From the IMG/VR virus record IMGVR_UViG_3300038530_001907, positions 1 to 28,306 of that record: a DNA stretch of 28,306 bases; one strand, written 5' to 3'. The notes under the pieces are model-generated. The model saw nothing but the letters and a program-made list of their open reading frames with translations. It was not told the origin of the DNA and did not search any database. Positions 1 to 8,794 of the stretch are shown here, piece by piece (within the stretch, counting starts at the first letter, position 1; the number at the start of each line of letters is the position of its first letter). Source of the stretch: a virus (Duplodnaviria > Caudoviricetes). A program made the position numbers and the translations under genes.

Positions 1-675
1 ATCATCATTCGGAACGAGACTGGATATAAATTCACCAGCAACGTTAATATCATCAGTGTCAGCATCACCAAGGTTAATTGTTCCACCCTTGAATGTCGCT
101 ACACCGACAAATTCAGCATATCCCTGAACATTTATGTTTCCACCAACAGTAACATTCTTAGCAACGCCAAGACCACCATCAAGTTGAACACTACCAGTGT
201 TAACATTACCGAGAGTGTTATCTGTTGTATTTGTGAACGTTGTAACACCTGAGATATCAACTGTAGAGTCAATATCAAAGTGACCTGTTACTGTGGTAAC
301 ACCAGTCAAAGTTGAGTTGTTAGAACCAGCACCCCAACTTAAATTGCCACTTCCATCGTTGGTAAGAACTGAACCCGATCCACCTTGAGTTCCGGGGAAA
401 TAGTAAGTTACAATACCAGCAAGAGATGCTGGAGATGCTAGTGTAATATAACTAGTACCATTGTTCGTACCTTCTACGAGGTTGACACCAGATCCCTTGG
501 TGGCACTCTCAATAGTCCAGAATCTACCTGAACCTACGAACTGATTGTTTGCTGTTGTCGAGTCAATACCGACATAAAGGTCATATTTGTCGGTTGTAAA
601 TCCCGGCTCACCTGCCCTCAATGCTGGCAAATTACTAAAGAGACCTCTCTTGAACTGTAATACAGGAGCAGCCAT
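1..675 (-). CDS. Tail fibre-like virion protein, 5' part only (runs off the window)
   Basis: Not in the ORF track. Hand translation from ATG at 675 gives MAAPVLQFKRGLFSNLPALRAGEPGFTTDKYDLYVGIDS..., open to base 1. The N-terminus QFKRG...L.AGEPGFTTD..DLYVG resembles the Mtd/hyaluronidase-type fibre N-terminal domain. It is followed by G/T/S/V-rich fibre-like sequence (GSVQLDGGLGVAKNVTVGGNINVQG). Confidence 0.8.
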   Translation of the reverse strand, partial: MAAPVLQFKRGLFSNLPALRAGEPGFTTDKYDLYVGIDSTTANNQFVGSGRFWTIESATKGSGVNLVEGTNNGTSYITLASPASLAGIVTYYFPGTQGGSGSVLTNDGSGNLSWGAGSNNSTLTGVTTVTGHFDIDSTVDISGVTTFTNTTDNTLGNVNTGSVQLDGGLGVAKNVTVGGNINVQGYAEFVGVATFKGGTINLGDADTDDINVAGEFISSLVPNDD

Positions 676-699
676 CTTCTAAAGTCTTTCTTTTTTTAC

Positions 700-706
700 T
701 ATTTAG
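700..706 (-). promoter_or_regulatory. T4-type late promoter variant CTAAATA
   Basis: Intergenic, 24 nt upstream of the ATG at 675. Similar to the gp55 consensus TATAAATA. Centred in an inverted repeat at 688-717. Confidence 0.6.
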
Positions 707-724
707 TTAAAAAAGAAGTAAAGG

Positions 725-994
725 TTAGAAAGTACCAGCATCATACGCTTCATCATCACTACCATCAGCAAGATCGACAACTTGATGGGCGGGAACATGA
801 ATATAATTGCTTCCATCATACATTAAAAATGTATTTGTTGCTCTTCCAGTGCTTTGAACATCACCGACATTTGTTAAATTATTAACTGTAGCACCCGCAG
901 TTGCTTGATTTGATGCTACTACCTTTATAGCATTGGTCTGACCAACTCTAACAGTTGTAGTATTGTTGTTAGTTTTGACTCTAATATTCGCCAT
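725..994 (-). CDS. Small fibre-associated/virion hypothetical protein (89 aa)
   Basis: Coupled to the upstream gene by a TAATG overlap at 994. Contains a fibre-like L..V.DV...G..L.YDG segment and a C-terminal DAGTF, similar to the DGG.F endings of cyanophage fibre proteins. Confidence 0.65.
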   Translation of the reverse strand: MANIRVKTNNNTTTVRVGQTNAIKVVASNQATAGATVNNLTNVGDVQSTGRATNTFLMYDGSNYIHVPAHQVVDLADGSDDEAYDAGTF

Positions 995-1341
995 TAGAAT
1001 TTCGTTGCTCCAGCGCGTACCAGGACCATACCTTCAATTACTCTAGTCATCACACCAGAAGTGTCAGTCATCACAACATCATAAACATACCTACCATCTT
1101 TCAGGTTAGCTGTTTGAGTTGTTGTCAAACCAAGTTTGACTTGACCGTTTGTTGCTGCACCGTAAATAGATGAAGTGAACGTAGTAACACCTGAGGTAGC
1201 ACCTGGGTGCTTTCTCATTTGAGATTTAAAAGTATAATTAGTCAGATTCAAAACAGAATTAGATGCCCCATCTTCAAGTGTGAAGACTTGACTAAAATCT
1301 GCGCTTTGATCAATTTGAATATTACTGACGTATACTGCCAT
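994..1341 (-). CDS. Virion structural protein, beta-rich adaptor/collar-like (115 aa)
   Basis: Pattern LNLTNYTFKSQMRK...GQVKLGLTTTQTANLKDGRYVYDVVM...RVIEG recalls the LtfC/p132- or BppU-like small adaptors common in cyanomyovirus structural regions. A late promoter lies upstream. Confidence 0.65.
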   Translation of the reverse strand: MAVYVSNIQIDQSADFSQVFTLEDGASNSVLNLTNYTFKSQMRKHPGATSGVTTFTSSIYGAATNGQVKLGLTTTQTANLKDGRYVYDVVMTDTSGVMTRVIEGMVLVRAGATKF

Positions 1342-1360
1342 TTTTCAAAGGTATTTTAAG

Positions 1361-1367
1361 TATTTAG
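1361..1367 (-). promoter_or_regulatory. T4-type late promoter variant CTAAATA
   Basis: 19 nt upstream of the ATG at 1341, overlapping the stop codon of the preceding gene. Confidence 0.6.
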
Positions 1368-1540
1368 GAAGGCAGTCCTATTACACTGACAACTTCTTGT
1401 TGTTTGAAATATAATTTTGCGTAAGATTTACAAATGTTTTGAAGTTCACCAATATTATCACACTCGTCAATTAGTCTTGCTTGCTGCTCATAGGCAAACA
1501 TTTTAGACATTGTTTCAAGTTTGATTTGATCGGGATCCAT
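1364..1540 (-). CDS. Small helical protein, putative NblA-like (58 aa)
   Basis: MDPDQIKLETMSKMFAYEQQARLIDECDNIGELQNICKSYAKLYFKQQEVVSVIGLPS. The ATG at 1540 is preferred over the track's 1573. Length and two-helix hydrophobic pattern resemble NblA. The function is an inference. Confidence 0.5.
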   Translation of the reverse strand: MDPDQIKLETMSKMFAYEQQARLIDECDNIGELQNICKSYAKLYFKQQEVVSVIGLPS

Positions 1541-1724
1541 TGATAAACTCCGTGAGAAGGGACTTGATTTCATCTATATCTTTCCGCATCTCATCAAGTT
1601 CTTGTTTTTGACGATCGCGGTTAGATCTCATCTTAACATACTCATTATAACCAGTTGTATCAGTATTGACAATTGCACCTGTATCTGTGCGATACAGGTG
1701 CTTATGATCTTTTACTTTTTTCAT
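1515..1724 (-). CDS. Conserved cyanophage hypothetical protein with C-terminal coiled coil (69 aa)
   Basis: The ATG at 1724 overlaps the VrlC-like stop (TGATG). N-terminal KVKDHKHLYR...GAIVNTD, then a heptad pattern ELDEMRKDIDEIKSLL. Confidence 0.75.
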   Translation of the reverse strand: MKKVKDHKHLYRTDTGAIVNTDTTGYNEYVKMRSNRDRQKQELDEMRKDIDEIKSLLTEFINGSRSNQT

Positions 1725-4700
1725 CACGCAAGAGCAATAACTCTAAAGTCTTTAAACCTAGGTGCTTTTGCTTCATTTGTTCCACTCATAACAATTTTGA
1801 TTCTAAAACCGTTGAATTGAGCAAGATTATCAGCACTAAACTGATAGTCTATATATTCGTCATCGGCACTAGATCTGACAAAAGCATCTGGTCTTCCATT
1901 GTTAAGAACAGAATCAACTACTTCATCTCCAAATCCATCACCGTTTGTATCCTTCAAATTATCAAATCCAGGGAATAATTCAAACGACTGTTCAATGCCA
2001 TTGGAGTCAACTCTAAAGAGTTCATAAAGAACTCTGAAGTCTGCCGAAGAATGACGATAAGCAGCAACAATAACTTTGAGAGAAGTAGCAGGTTGTGCAA
2101 GATCCGTTTTCTTAGAAATATAATATGCTGTATGTGGATCTTCTTTCAAAGAATTTACTCTACCATCATTGGCATAATCTGAAATAGGATTATTCAATCT
2201 ATTTCTACCCAAAATAATTCCAGAACCTTGAAGATCAATTACTGGAGATAGATTTGAATCCGCAGTACTCATACTAATAGCAAGTGTCAAAGATTTATTA
2301 TTGGGAAGACTTGTTAATCTAGTAGTTTCATTGATTCTAGAAGCAACCATTCTAGGAGTGCTTAATTTATTATCATTATTAAGAGATACATTTTCATATC
2401 CTTGGTCAATAAATGATACTTCAGAACCACCAGCACTAGTTCCAGAAACAGTTCTAATTTGAGAGTTTAATGTTGTAGACTCTGAAGGTGTGAATACATT
2501 TAATCTTGGATTAATTTCATTAAACTGGATGTCACTAGAGGAGAAGACTACTGGACCACCGACAGTATTTTCGTCGGTAAAGCTGAGTTGATTGTCACCA
2601 GTTGTTCTGGATCCACGATCAATTTGTAAATGATAGGTATCAAAATCTCTAGCATTCTTTAAAGTAGGATCAGTAGGTATGTTATGTTGCGTATTAATTC
2701 TATGGAGTGAAATACCATTTAGTTCATAAGTAAAGATTTGATCGTTCAAATCGTGAGCTCTCTTAAGTGAGTTGTCAATTCCTCTGGTTCCAATTCCAAG
2801 TGTTCCAGCTCCACCAGAACCAGCAGTAATGGAATTGTAGTAAATAATTTCATTATTAACCTTACAATACCCACTAGAGGTGGAAATGCCTTCAAAGGTA
2901 GCAAAGAGTGAAGTGTTGGCAACAGAAATTGTTGTATCACTCAATCCAAGTGCTGCATTGAGTGTAGTTGGAACAGTATTTGGTTCAATATCAGCAAGGA
3001 CAACTACATTATTATCTGCATGTAAACCATGATTAGTTTGCTGAATCTCAAGAACTCTACCATCATAAAGATTACTAATTACACTAGAATTTCTAATTGT
3101 TGTGTCGGCGTATGCCACGGCAACATCAGAAGAACTGTAAACAACTAGATTCTGTCCTGCTGTAAATTCCTCTCCCTGGACATCAGTAAGGTACAATGTA
3201 TCCTTACCTGTGATATTCTTAACTGAGAATTGTGCTCCACGTCCTCTGGTAACATCAGAAGTTGTAATACCAAGGACATCACCGACAACATATCCATTAC
3301 CCGCAGTTGTAACGTGTGGATTGCCATTAAGTGTATTACTAGCGAATGTAACGATACCAATAGCACCAGACCCAGATCCAGTGATGGAGTAGAAATTGAC
3401 TCCAGTGAAGGTTCCATTGCTGTATCCTGCACCTACTAAATTACTGGTCGTGTTTGCCAGATTACCACCAACCTGCTCAATATTTCCAGTGATCGCAGAA
3501 GATGAAGTGTTGTCACTAACTTTCTTACCAATAGTCAGAACAGTATCTAATACTGAAGTGGTTGTAATACCAACCTTAAGTTTTCTTGGAAGAGTCTTAA
3601 CTGGATTAGTGATTAATCTCTCTGTTAAGTCACTTCCAGATTCAAGAGATGGATTGAAGAAGTAGGCAATTCCAGGTTCTGTATTAAATTCTGCTTTATA
3701 CAATTCGAATTTGATATCTTCAAATTGACTTGCAGTCCAAATAGTGCCATTCTGAGACTTAAACAGACTACCACCGATATACTGCTTTGTTACAATAACA
3801 CTTTCAGCATCTGGGAGCGTAGAGACATTAACAGTCTTCTCTCCCATTCTTGCTACCCATACTTCATATAAGTCTGAAGATGGAGCAAGAAGGACAAAGC
3901 AATATTCTGTATCCGCTTCCAGATACACTGGTGATGGGAAGGTAAACGTTGTAGCAACTGAACCATCAGTAGAAGTATTAATTTCTGATGGGTCAAGAGT
4001 TACTTGAGCATAATCAGCAACTAATATGTTTGTTGGTATACCCAACTCCATAGTTCTAATTTCACAAGTTATTTTTTCATTTTCATCTTTGTTAGCAAAG
4101 AATACATCAAGACTTGTGAGAAATGCTCCAGTCTCATCAACCGTAAATGATTGTGCCAGAGGATCACGTCGTTGAACAGGAGGTCTTGGTCTACGGAAAA
4201 ACTCAGTAACGTTTAGAGTTCTTCTTGATGTCTCAATAAATCCTCTAGCAGTATATGTGCCCTCACCAGTACTAAATCTCAAACCACCAGGCAGAGGTTC
4301 GGCATTAGTGGAACTTGAAGTGAGTTTGAAAGTTTTCTCTCCAGTAGTAAATCTAACTGCTGGTGTTGGAGAAGCAAGTGGATCTCTAAAGAAGAAACAT
4401 CCTAAAATTCCACCAAATGTATCAGTAATCAATCTAATATCTGATACTTTTGCCTGTGCCCCACTTGTTTCTCCCAAAATAACCATATCTTTTACAATAC
4501 GTCCATTGAAAGAACCAAGAACTTCTTCCATTAGAGAATGAAGGTCAATATTTAAAACTGTGGAGGAAGCAGAATAAACTTCAGGTAAAGTTATACTTCT
4601 ATTGTAAGGATTTAAAGTGTAAGTTTTAGAAGGGTTTGTAATTGGACCATCCAGATGATTAGGTCTACAAATTCTCGCAGAGAATAACTGTCTAGATCCA

Positions 4701-7700
4701 ACGTATCCCTTAACAGTCTCACCTGCTTGGAATACTCCAGATGTCATAGTAATTTCAGTTAACTTTGGAATTACATCCAATTCTGTGCTACTATCAAAGA
4801 AATGATAGTGCCTTGTAAGTGGTCTTAAACCAAAAGCACTAAACGCTACGTTTCTAGATCTAATGTGAGTGTCTGGGGTTCTGGATTCAAGAACTACATC
4901 AAGGTTAGATACTCTACCTTGCTGTCCATTGCGCCAATCAGTTGAAACTCTAGTAACTCTTTCACCACCATCAATGGTAACAGTTCTTGTCCACGAATCT
5001 TGAGCAGGGAAAATTGCTACAGAACCAGTAAATGAAATAATATTAAATGGATTTACATTCTCAACCCTAGACGCTAAAGGTTGCTTTATCCATCCTTTAG
5101 TATCATACTTAAGTGTAATTAAGTCACCAGTTTTTTGTGTGTTTGGATCAAGAAGATCCGAATTTAAATCAAATTGTGTCGATCCTTCTGATGTGGCAAC
5201 TTCTGGTTTTAAAGAGAAGTAATCAACAGGGGTTCCGAGTTCATTTCCTCTGATACTTGCCTCAGATTTAGATTCCATTCTCAGATTATCGGCAAAATCA
5301 TCAACAAAGAAACCAGACTTAAATCTATCAAGACCGTCAGCATCTCTGACTTGAAGAGTTCTTGTATCAAGTTCAAGAAGAGAAAGAGAAGTAAGAGTTT
5401 CTAAGGTTTCAACTCTATCTTCAATTCTGCCAATGTCCCTCATAGTATATCTTCTATTATCAGTCAAAGTTATGACCGCATCAGAAGGATTGTAAAGATA
5501 TGCTGGCAACACGATGGTTCCCAATTCCATCATGTCTCCACCAATAGCAGGTTCTTTTGGATTTTCAGAACTAGTTCCCTCAATTACAGCAATATTTCCT
5601 TTGGTGGTAAATACCACTTTATCAATTCTTGGGAGATAATAACTAAATCCAACTAAAGAACTCTCATCTGGAGCAACTAAAAGAGTTGGATTAGTTCCTG
5701 CTGTAGCAAAAGTTCTGCTTGTATAATCAAAAGGAGAGAGTGTAGTAGATGTAAAATTGGATACCCTAGGTCTAAAATCTAAGACATCAGACGCTCTTAG
5801 ATTCCCTGCTCTAGGAATATAATCTTTGAATTGTTCCGCATCATAAGAGTTGACTGTATAAACATCACCAGTATCATTAGAAGGAACTGTATAATGGTTA
5901 TAAATTATTAACAGTTTTCTGGAAGGAACATAACTTATATTTTCTCTTCTTACAATTCGTGAGTAGTCATAGAATTGATCTTTAACACCTGTATCAAGTG
6001 TATAGTTGTTAGTAACGTCCTGATAATTTCCAAGTCCAATTACTTGTAAAGGAGCGATAATATTAGATTCTTCAAAAGTAACGTTTTCACCAACAGTAAA
6101 TTTATCCTCAGTGAGGTAAACTATTTCAACTTTAGTGGCTGAAGATCTTGTAACTACTTGGGCGATTGCTTTACTGGTGGAACCAACAACTCTTTCACCC
6201 AAAATAGATGCGGTATTGAGTGCTAAACCTGCAGGAAATTCAAGAGAATCTAAAGTTGGGATTGAAGTTCCTAAAGATTCATAGACAGCAATAACTTCGG
6301 CAACATCAGGAACATTCAAAGATATTTCTCTATCTTGAATTCTAGTTCCGTAGAAATCACTTTTAGAAGTCTGAGAAATAGATGTGGATACTCCAGTCGA
6401 AGACTTAGTTACTTCAACTTTAGTGCTTCTAGTAAATACTTTATCTTTATTACTAATTCCAATTTTTTTAACAGTTGTATTAACAGTTACATTACTAGAT
6501 TGGGATGCAGTAAGACCAGTAAAACTAACTACCTTTCCGGCAGAACTGAGAGTCACTTGATCTTTAGTTAGGGTCTCAATAGATCCATCATTATAGTGAA
6601 CACTGTATCTTTCTTGATCAAATGCTTCAAATAAACAACTACTAATACCAGTTGCTGATATATTGATGGATAGTGATCCTGTAGCACTTGTAGATTGTTC
6701 TCTAATTTGACTAGAAACTAAAAGATTAGAAGATCCAAGATCGACTGAAGAAACATTTTGCTCTTCAAGTGGTGCAAATAAACCTCCACGCTCTCTAACA
6801 ACAGGAGCCCCTATCGTAAAAGTTCCTGTAAAATTAGATGCTGGGAGACTACCATCACAAACATTGGATCTGTCTTGTTCAGCAACTAAAGTAAGTTCTG
6901 TTTTAGCAGCATTTACTGCAGAAACTCTATTGAAAGTCTCATCACTAACTCCAACAATTTGATATCTAATAATATCACCAACTTTGATATTATTAAAGAA
7001 TTTGCCAGGGCAAGTCATAGCACCAGAGGTGGTAATCCTTACAGTATCTGCTATACCGAATCCAGTAGGGAGTTTTCTTTCAAGTACACTATCAGCAATA
7101 AAATCCCTTTTTAATTCTGAGTTAAGTGTAGTAGAATCTTGATAAACAGACTTTACATCTTCAATGGTGTATGTAGTTACACTTGTAATTGATCTAGAAA
7201 GTTCTGTGCTTTCATTAATTAAAATCTGCTCACCAGCAATAAAGGTGCCTGATGTCTGCATCAGTGTGACACCAGTAGATCCGCCAGGAGCACTTTGAAC
7301 ATAACCAGAAGCTCCACTACTTACACCTCTGATGTATGAACTGACAGGCATATCTGCTGTCAGAGTATTTTCATTTAAAGTAATGGTAGTATATGTTTGG
7401 ACATCGAACAAATACAAATCCCAAGAGGTAGAAAGATCTACTTGAGCAGAATCTGTAAGACTAAAATTGTAAACTCTTGCTTGACCTATTTCAGTTCCAG
7501 TGGCAGCAGTGGCAGAAGTTCCTCTTCTTTGATTCTGCAGTTTTACAATGTTACTATTATTATTAACACCAAACAGTGGTGTTCCTTGAACATTATTGAC
7601 TCGCAATAATGTACCCATTTCAAATGGAACCAGAGAATTTGTTAAAGTCCTTGTATCTCTTGGTTTTTTAACATCAATAATCGCAGTGGACTGATTTTCT

Positions 7701-8791
7701 ACATCATATCCTTTTACATATGCCTTACCCGGAGAAACGGATACTGCCATGAGACTTTCATCAGGAGTGCTTCCCTGATTTGTAGATTGATCAGAAAAAT
7801 ATACACCTTCGTTACCAAGTCTATCATTTAAAGACTCTCTAACTTCAATGTCAAAATTGTCAATGGCATAATTGCCAGACTCCTCAAAAGTTCTCTTGGC
7901 AAAATAATCTCTAATCAGATTGTAATTTGACTTATCTTGAAGTTTCTTTATCTCACCACCATCTACTCTGAGAAGTTCTACAAAAGTTTTATCATCATTA
8001 TCTGTTAAAAGTTTCTTTGATAAAGAGAGACTAATTTTTAATCTGTCTGCTCCAGGAGCGGCAAAGTTGGAAAATCCTTTTGCATTATCATATAAAGAAT
8101 CATCATCTTTAGCAGTAACGACTTCTTCAATAATCGTTAAACCAACACGGTAAGATGGTGTGTTAGAGTATGGATCTAAAAATATTTTATCCTCAGAAAC
8201 ATCTACAAATGTTCCTCTAATAAAATAAACACCTGCACCAATGGAAGCAGAGCTTCCAACTGAAGTAGCGTCTTCAGAAATAAGTGATGCTACAGTTTCT
8301 CCAGCAGATATTGAAGTATTTCCATATGTAAAAGAATCTTCAGTAATTAGAACTTCTCCATCCTGAAATGGTTGAACTTCGTTATTATCTCCAGATTCTA
8401 AGTATTTTACAAAAATAGTTGGACTGGTAATATCACCAGATACATTTTCATATCGATCAACTTTAGCAACAATACCAGAAGTTTGACCTTTTAATCTCTT
8501 ACCTACAAGTTCTTTACCATATACGGAAATATTAATTCCAAGATGATCCCCGTTTAGTTTGACCGCAGGATATTCAGAATCGTAGGCAATATTTCCGGGG
8601 ATCACCATGGATCCCTCTTTAAACATATGACTTCCAAACGATTCTATTTGATTCTGCAGAATTGACTGCAGAGTCGTCAGTTCTCTAGCTTGAACTGGAA
8701 ATCCTGGTTTGAATAAAACCTTGTAAAAGTTATCATCCTTATCGAAATCATCAAAATAAGGATTGATATTGAGATTAGTTTTCTGTGGCAT
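1724..8791 (-). CDS. vrlC: Large VrlC-like (DUF4815-type) virion structural protein (2355 aa)
   Basis: N-terminus MPQKTNLNINPYFDDFD...LFKPGFPVQARELTTLQSILQNQIE, plus APGADRLKI, RFKSGFFVDDF, DPLAQSF and GSLFKSQNG motifs. It sits directly after gp8, as in T4-like cyanophages. Confidence 0.88.
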   Translation of the reverse strand: MPQKTNLNINPYFDDFDKDDNFYKVLFKPGFPVQARELTTLQSILQNQIESFGSHMFKEGSMVIPGNIAYDSEYPAVKLNGDHLGINISVYGKELVGKRLKGQTSGIVAKVDRYENVSGDITSPTIFVKYLESGDNNEVQPFQDGEVLITEDSFTYGNTSISAGETVASLISEDATSVGSSASIGAGVYFIRGTFVDVSEDKIFLDPYSNTPSYRVGLTIIEEVVTAKDDDSLYDNAKGFSNFAAPGADRLKISLSLSKKLLTDNDDKTFVELLRVDGGEIKKLQDKSNYNLIRDYFAKRTFEESGNYAIDNFDIEVRESLNDRLGNEGVYFSDQSTNQGSTPDESLMAVSVSPGKAYVKGYDVENQSTAIIDVKKPRDTRTLTNSLVPFEMGTLLRVNNVQGTPLFGVNNNSNIVKLQNQRRGTSATAATGTEIGQARVYNFSLTDSAQVDLSTSWDLYLFDVQTYTTITLNENTLTADMPVSSYIRGVSSGASGYVQSAPGGSTGVTLMQTSGTFIAGEQILINESTELSRSITSVTTYTIEDVKSVYQDSTTLNSELKRDFIADSVLERKLPTGFGIADTVRITTSGAMTCPGKFFNNIKVGDIIRYQIVGVSDETFNRVSAVNAAKTELTLVAEQDRSNVCDGSLPASNFTGTFTIGAPVVRERGGLFAPLEEQNVSSVDLGSSNLLVSSQIREQSTSATGSLSINISATGISSCLFEAFDQERYSVHYNDGSIETLTKDQVTLSSAGKVVSFTGLTASQSSNVTVNTTVKKIGISNKDKVFTRSTKVEVTKSSTGVSTSISQTSKSDFYGTRIQDREISLNVPDVAEVIAVYESLGTSIPTLDSLEFPAGLALNTASILGERVVGSTSKAIAQVVTRSSATKVEIVYLTEDKFTVGENVTFEESNIIAPLQVIGLGNYQDVTNNYTLDTGVKDQFYDYSRIVRRENISYVPSRKLLIIYNHYTVPSNDTGDVYTVNSYDAEQFKDYIPRAGNLRASDVLDFRPRVSNFTSTTLSPFDYTSRTFATAGTNPTLLVAPDESSLVGFSYYLPRIDKVVFTTKGNIAVIEGTSSENPKEPAIGGDMMELGTIVLPAYLYNPSDAVITLTDNRRYTMRDIGRIEDRVETLETLTSLSLLELDTRTLQVRDADGLDRFKSGFFVDDFADNLRMESKSEASIRGNELGTPVDYFSLKPEVATSEGSTQFDLNSDLLDPNTQKTGDLITLKYDTKGWIKQPLASRVENVNPFNIISFTGSVAIFPAQDSWTRTVTIDGGERVTRVSTDWRNGQQGRVSNLDVVLESRTPDTHIRSRNVAFSAFGLRPLTRHYHFFDSSTELDVIPKLTEITMTSGVFQAGETVKGYVGSRQLFSARICRPNHLDGPITNPSKTYTLNPYNRSITLPEVYSASSTVLNIDLHSLMEEVLGSFNGRIVKDMVILGETSGAQAKVSDIRLITDTFGGILGCFFFRDPLASPTPAVRFTTGEKTFKLTSSSTNAEPLPGGLRFSTGEGTYTARGFIETSRRTLNVTEFFRRPRPPVQRRDPLAQSFTVDETGAFLTSLDVFFANKDENEKITCEIRTMELGIPTNILVADYAQVTLDPSEINTSTDGSVATTFTFPSPVYLEADTEYCFVLLAPSSDLYEVWVARMGEKTVNVSTLPDAESVIVTKQYIGGSLFKSQNGTIWTASQFEDIKFELYKAEFNTEPGIAYFFNPSLESGSDLTERLITNPVKTLPRKLKVGITTTSVLDTVLTIGKKVSDNTSSSAITGNIEQVGGNLANTTSNLVGAGYSNGTFTGVNFYSITGSGSGAIGIVTFASNTLNGNPHVTTAGNGYVVGDVLGITTSDVTRGRGAQFSVKNITGKDTLYLTDVQGEEFTAGQNLVVYSSSDVAVAYADTTIRNSSVISNLYDGRVLEIQQTNHGLHADNNVVVLADIEPNTVPTTLNAALGLSDTTISVANTSLFATFEGISTSSGYCKVNNEIIYYNSITAGSGGAGTLGIGTRGIDNSLKRAHDLNDQIFTYELNGISLHRINTQHNIPTDPTLKNARDFDTYHLQIDRGSRTTGDNQLSFTDENTVGGPVVFSSSDIQFNEINPRLNVFTPSESTTLNSQIRTVSGTSAGGSEVSFIDQGYENVSLNNDNKLSTPRMVASRINETTRLTSLPNNKSLTLAISMSTADSNLSPVIDLQGSGIILGRNRLNNPISDYANDGRVNSLKEDPHTAYYISKKTDLAQPATSLKVIVAAYRHSSADFRVLYELFRVDSNGIEQSFELFPGFDNLKDTNGDGFGDEVVDSVLNNGRPDAFVRSSADDEYIDYQFSADNLAQFNGFRIKIVMSGTNEAKAPRFKDFRVIALA

Positions 8792-8794
8792 CGT

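Noticed and set aside
1-675. Mtd-like N-terminus suggesting a diversity-generating retroelement
   Set aside because: No reverse transcriptase or template/variable repeat pair in the window. This N-terminal domain is common in ordinary fibres.
1724-8791. VrlC as a virulence factor
   Set aside because: The name comes from the Dichelobacter vrl locus. Here the context is a phage baseplate cluster.
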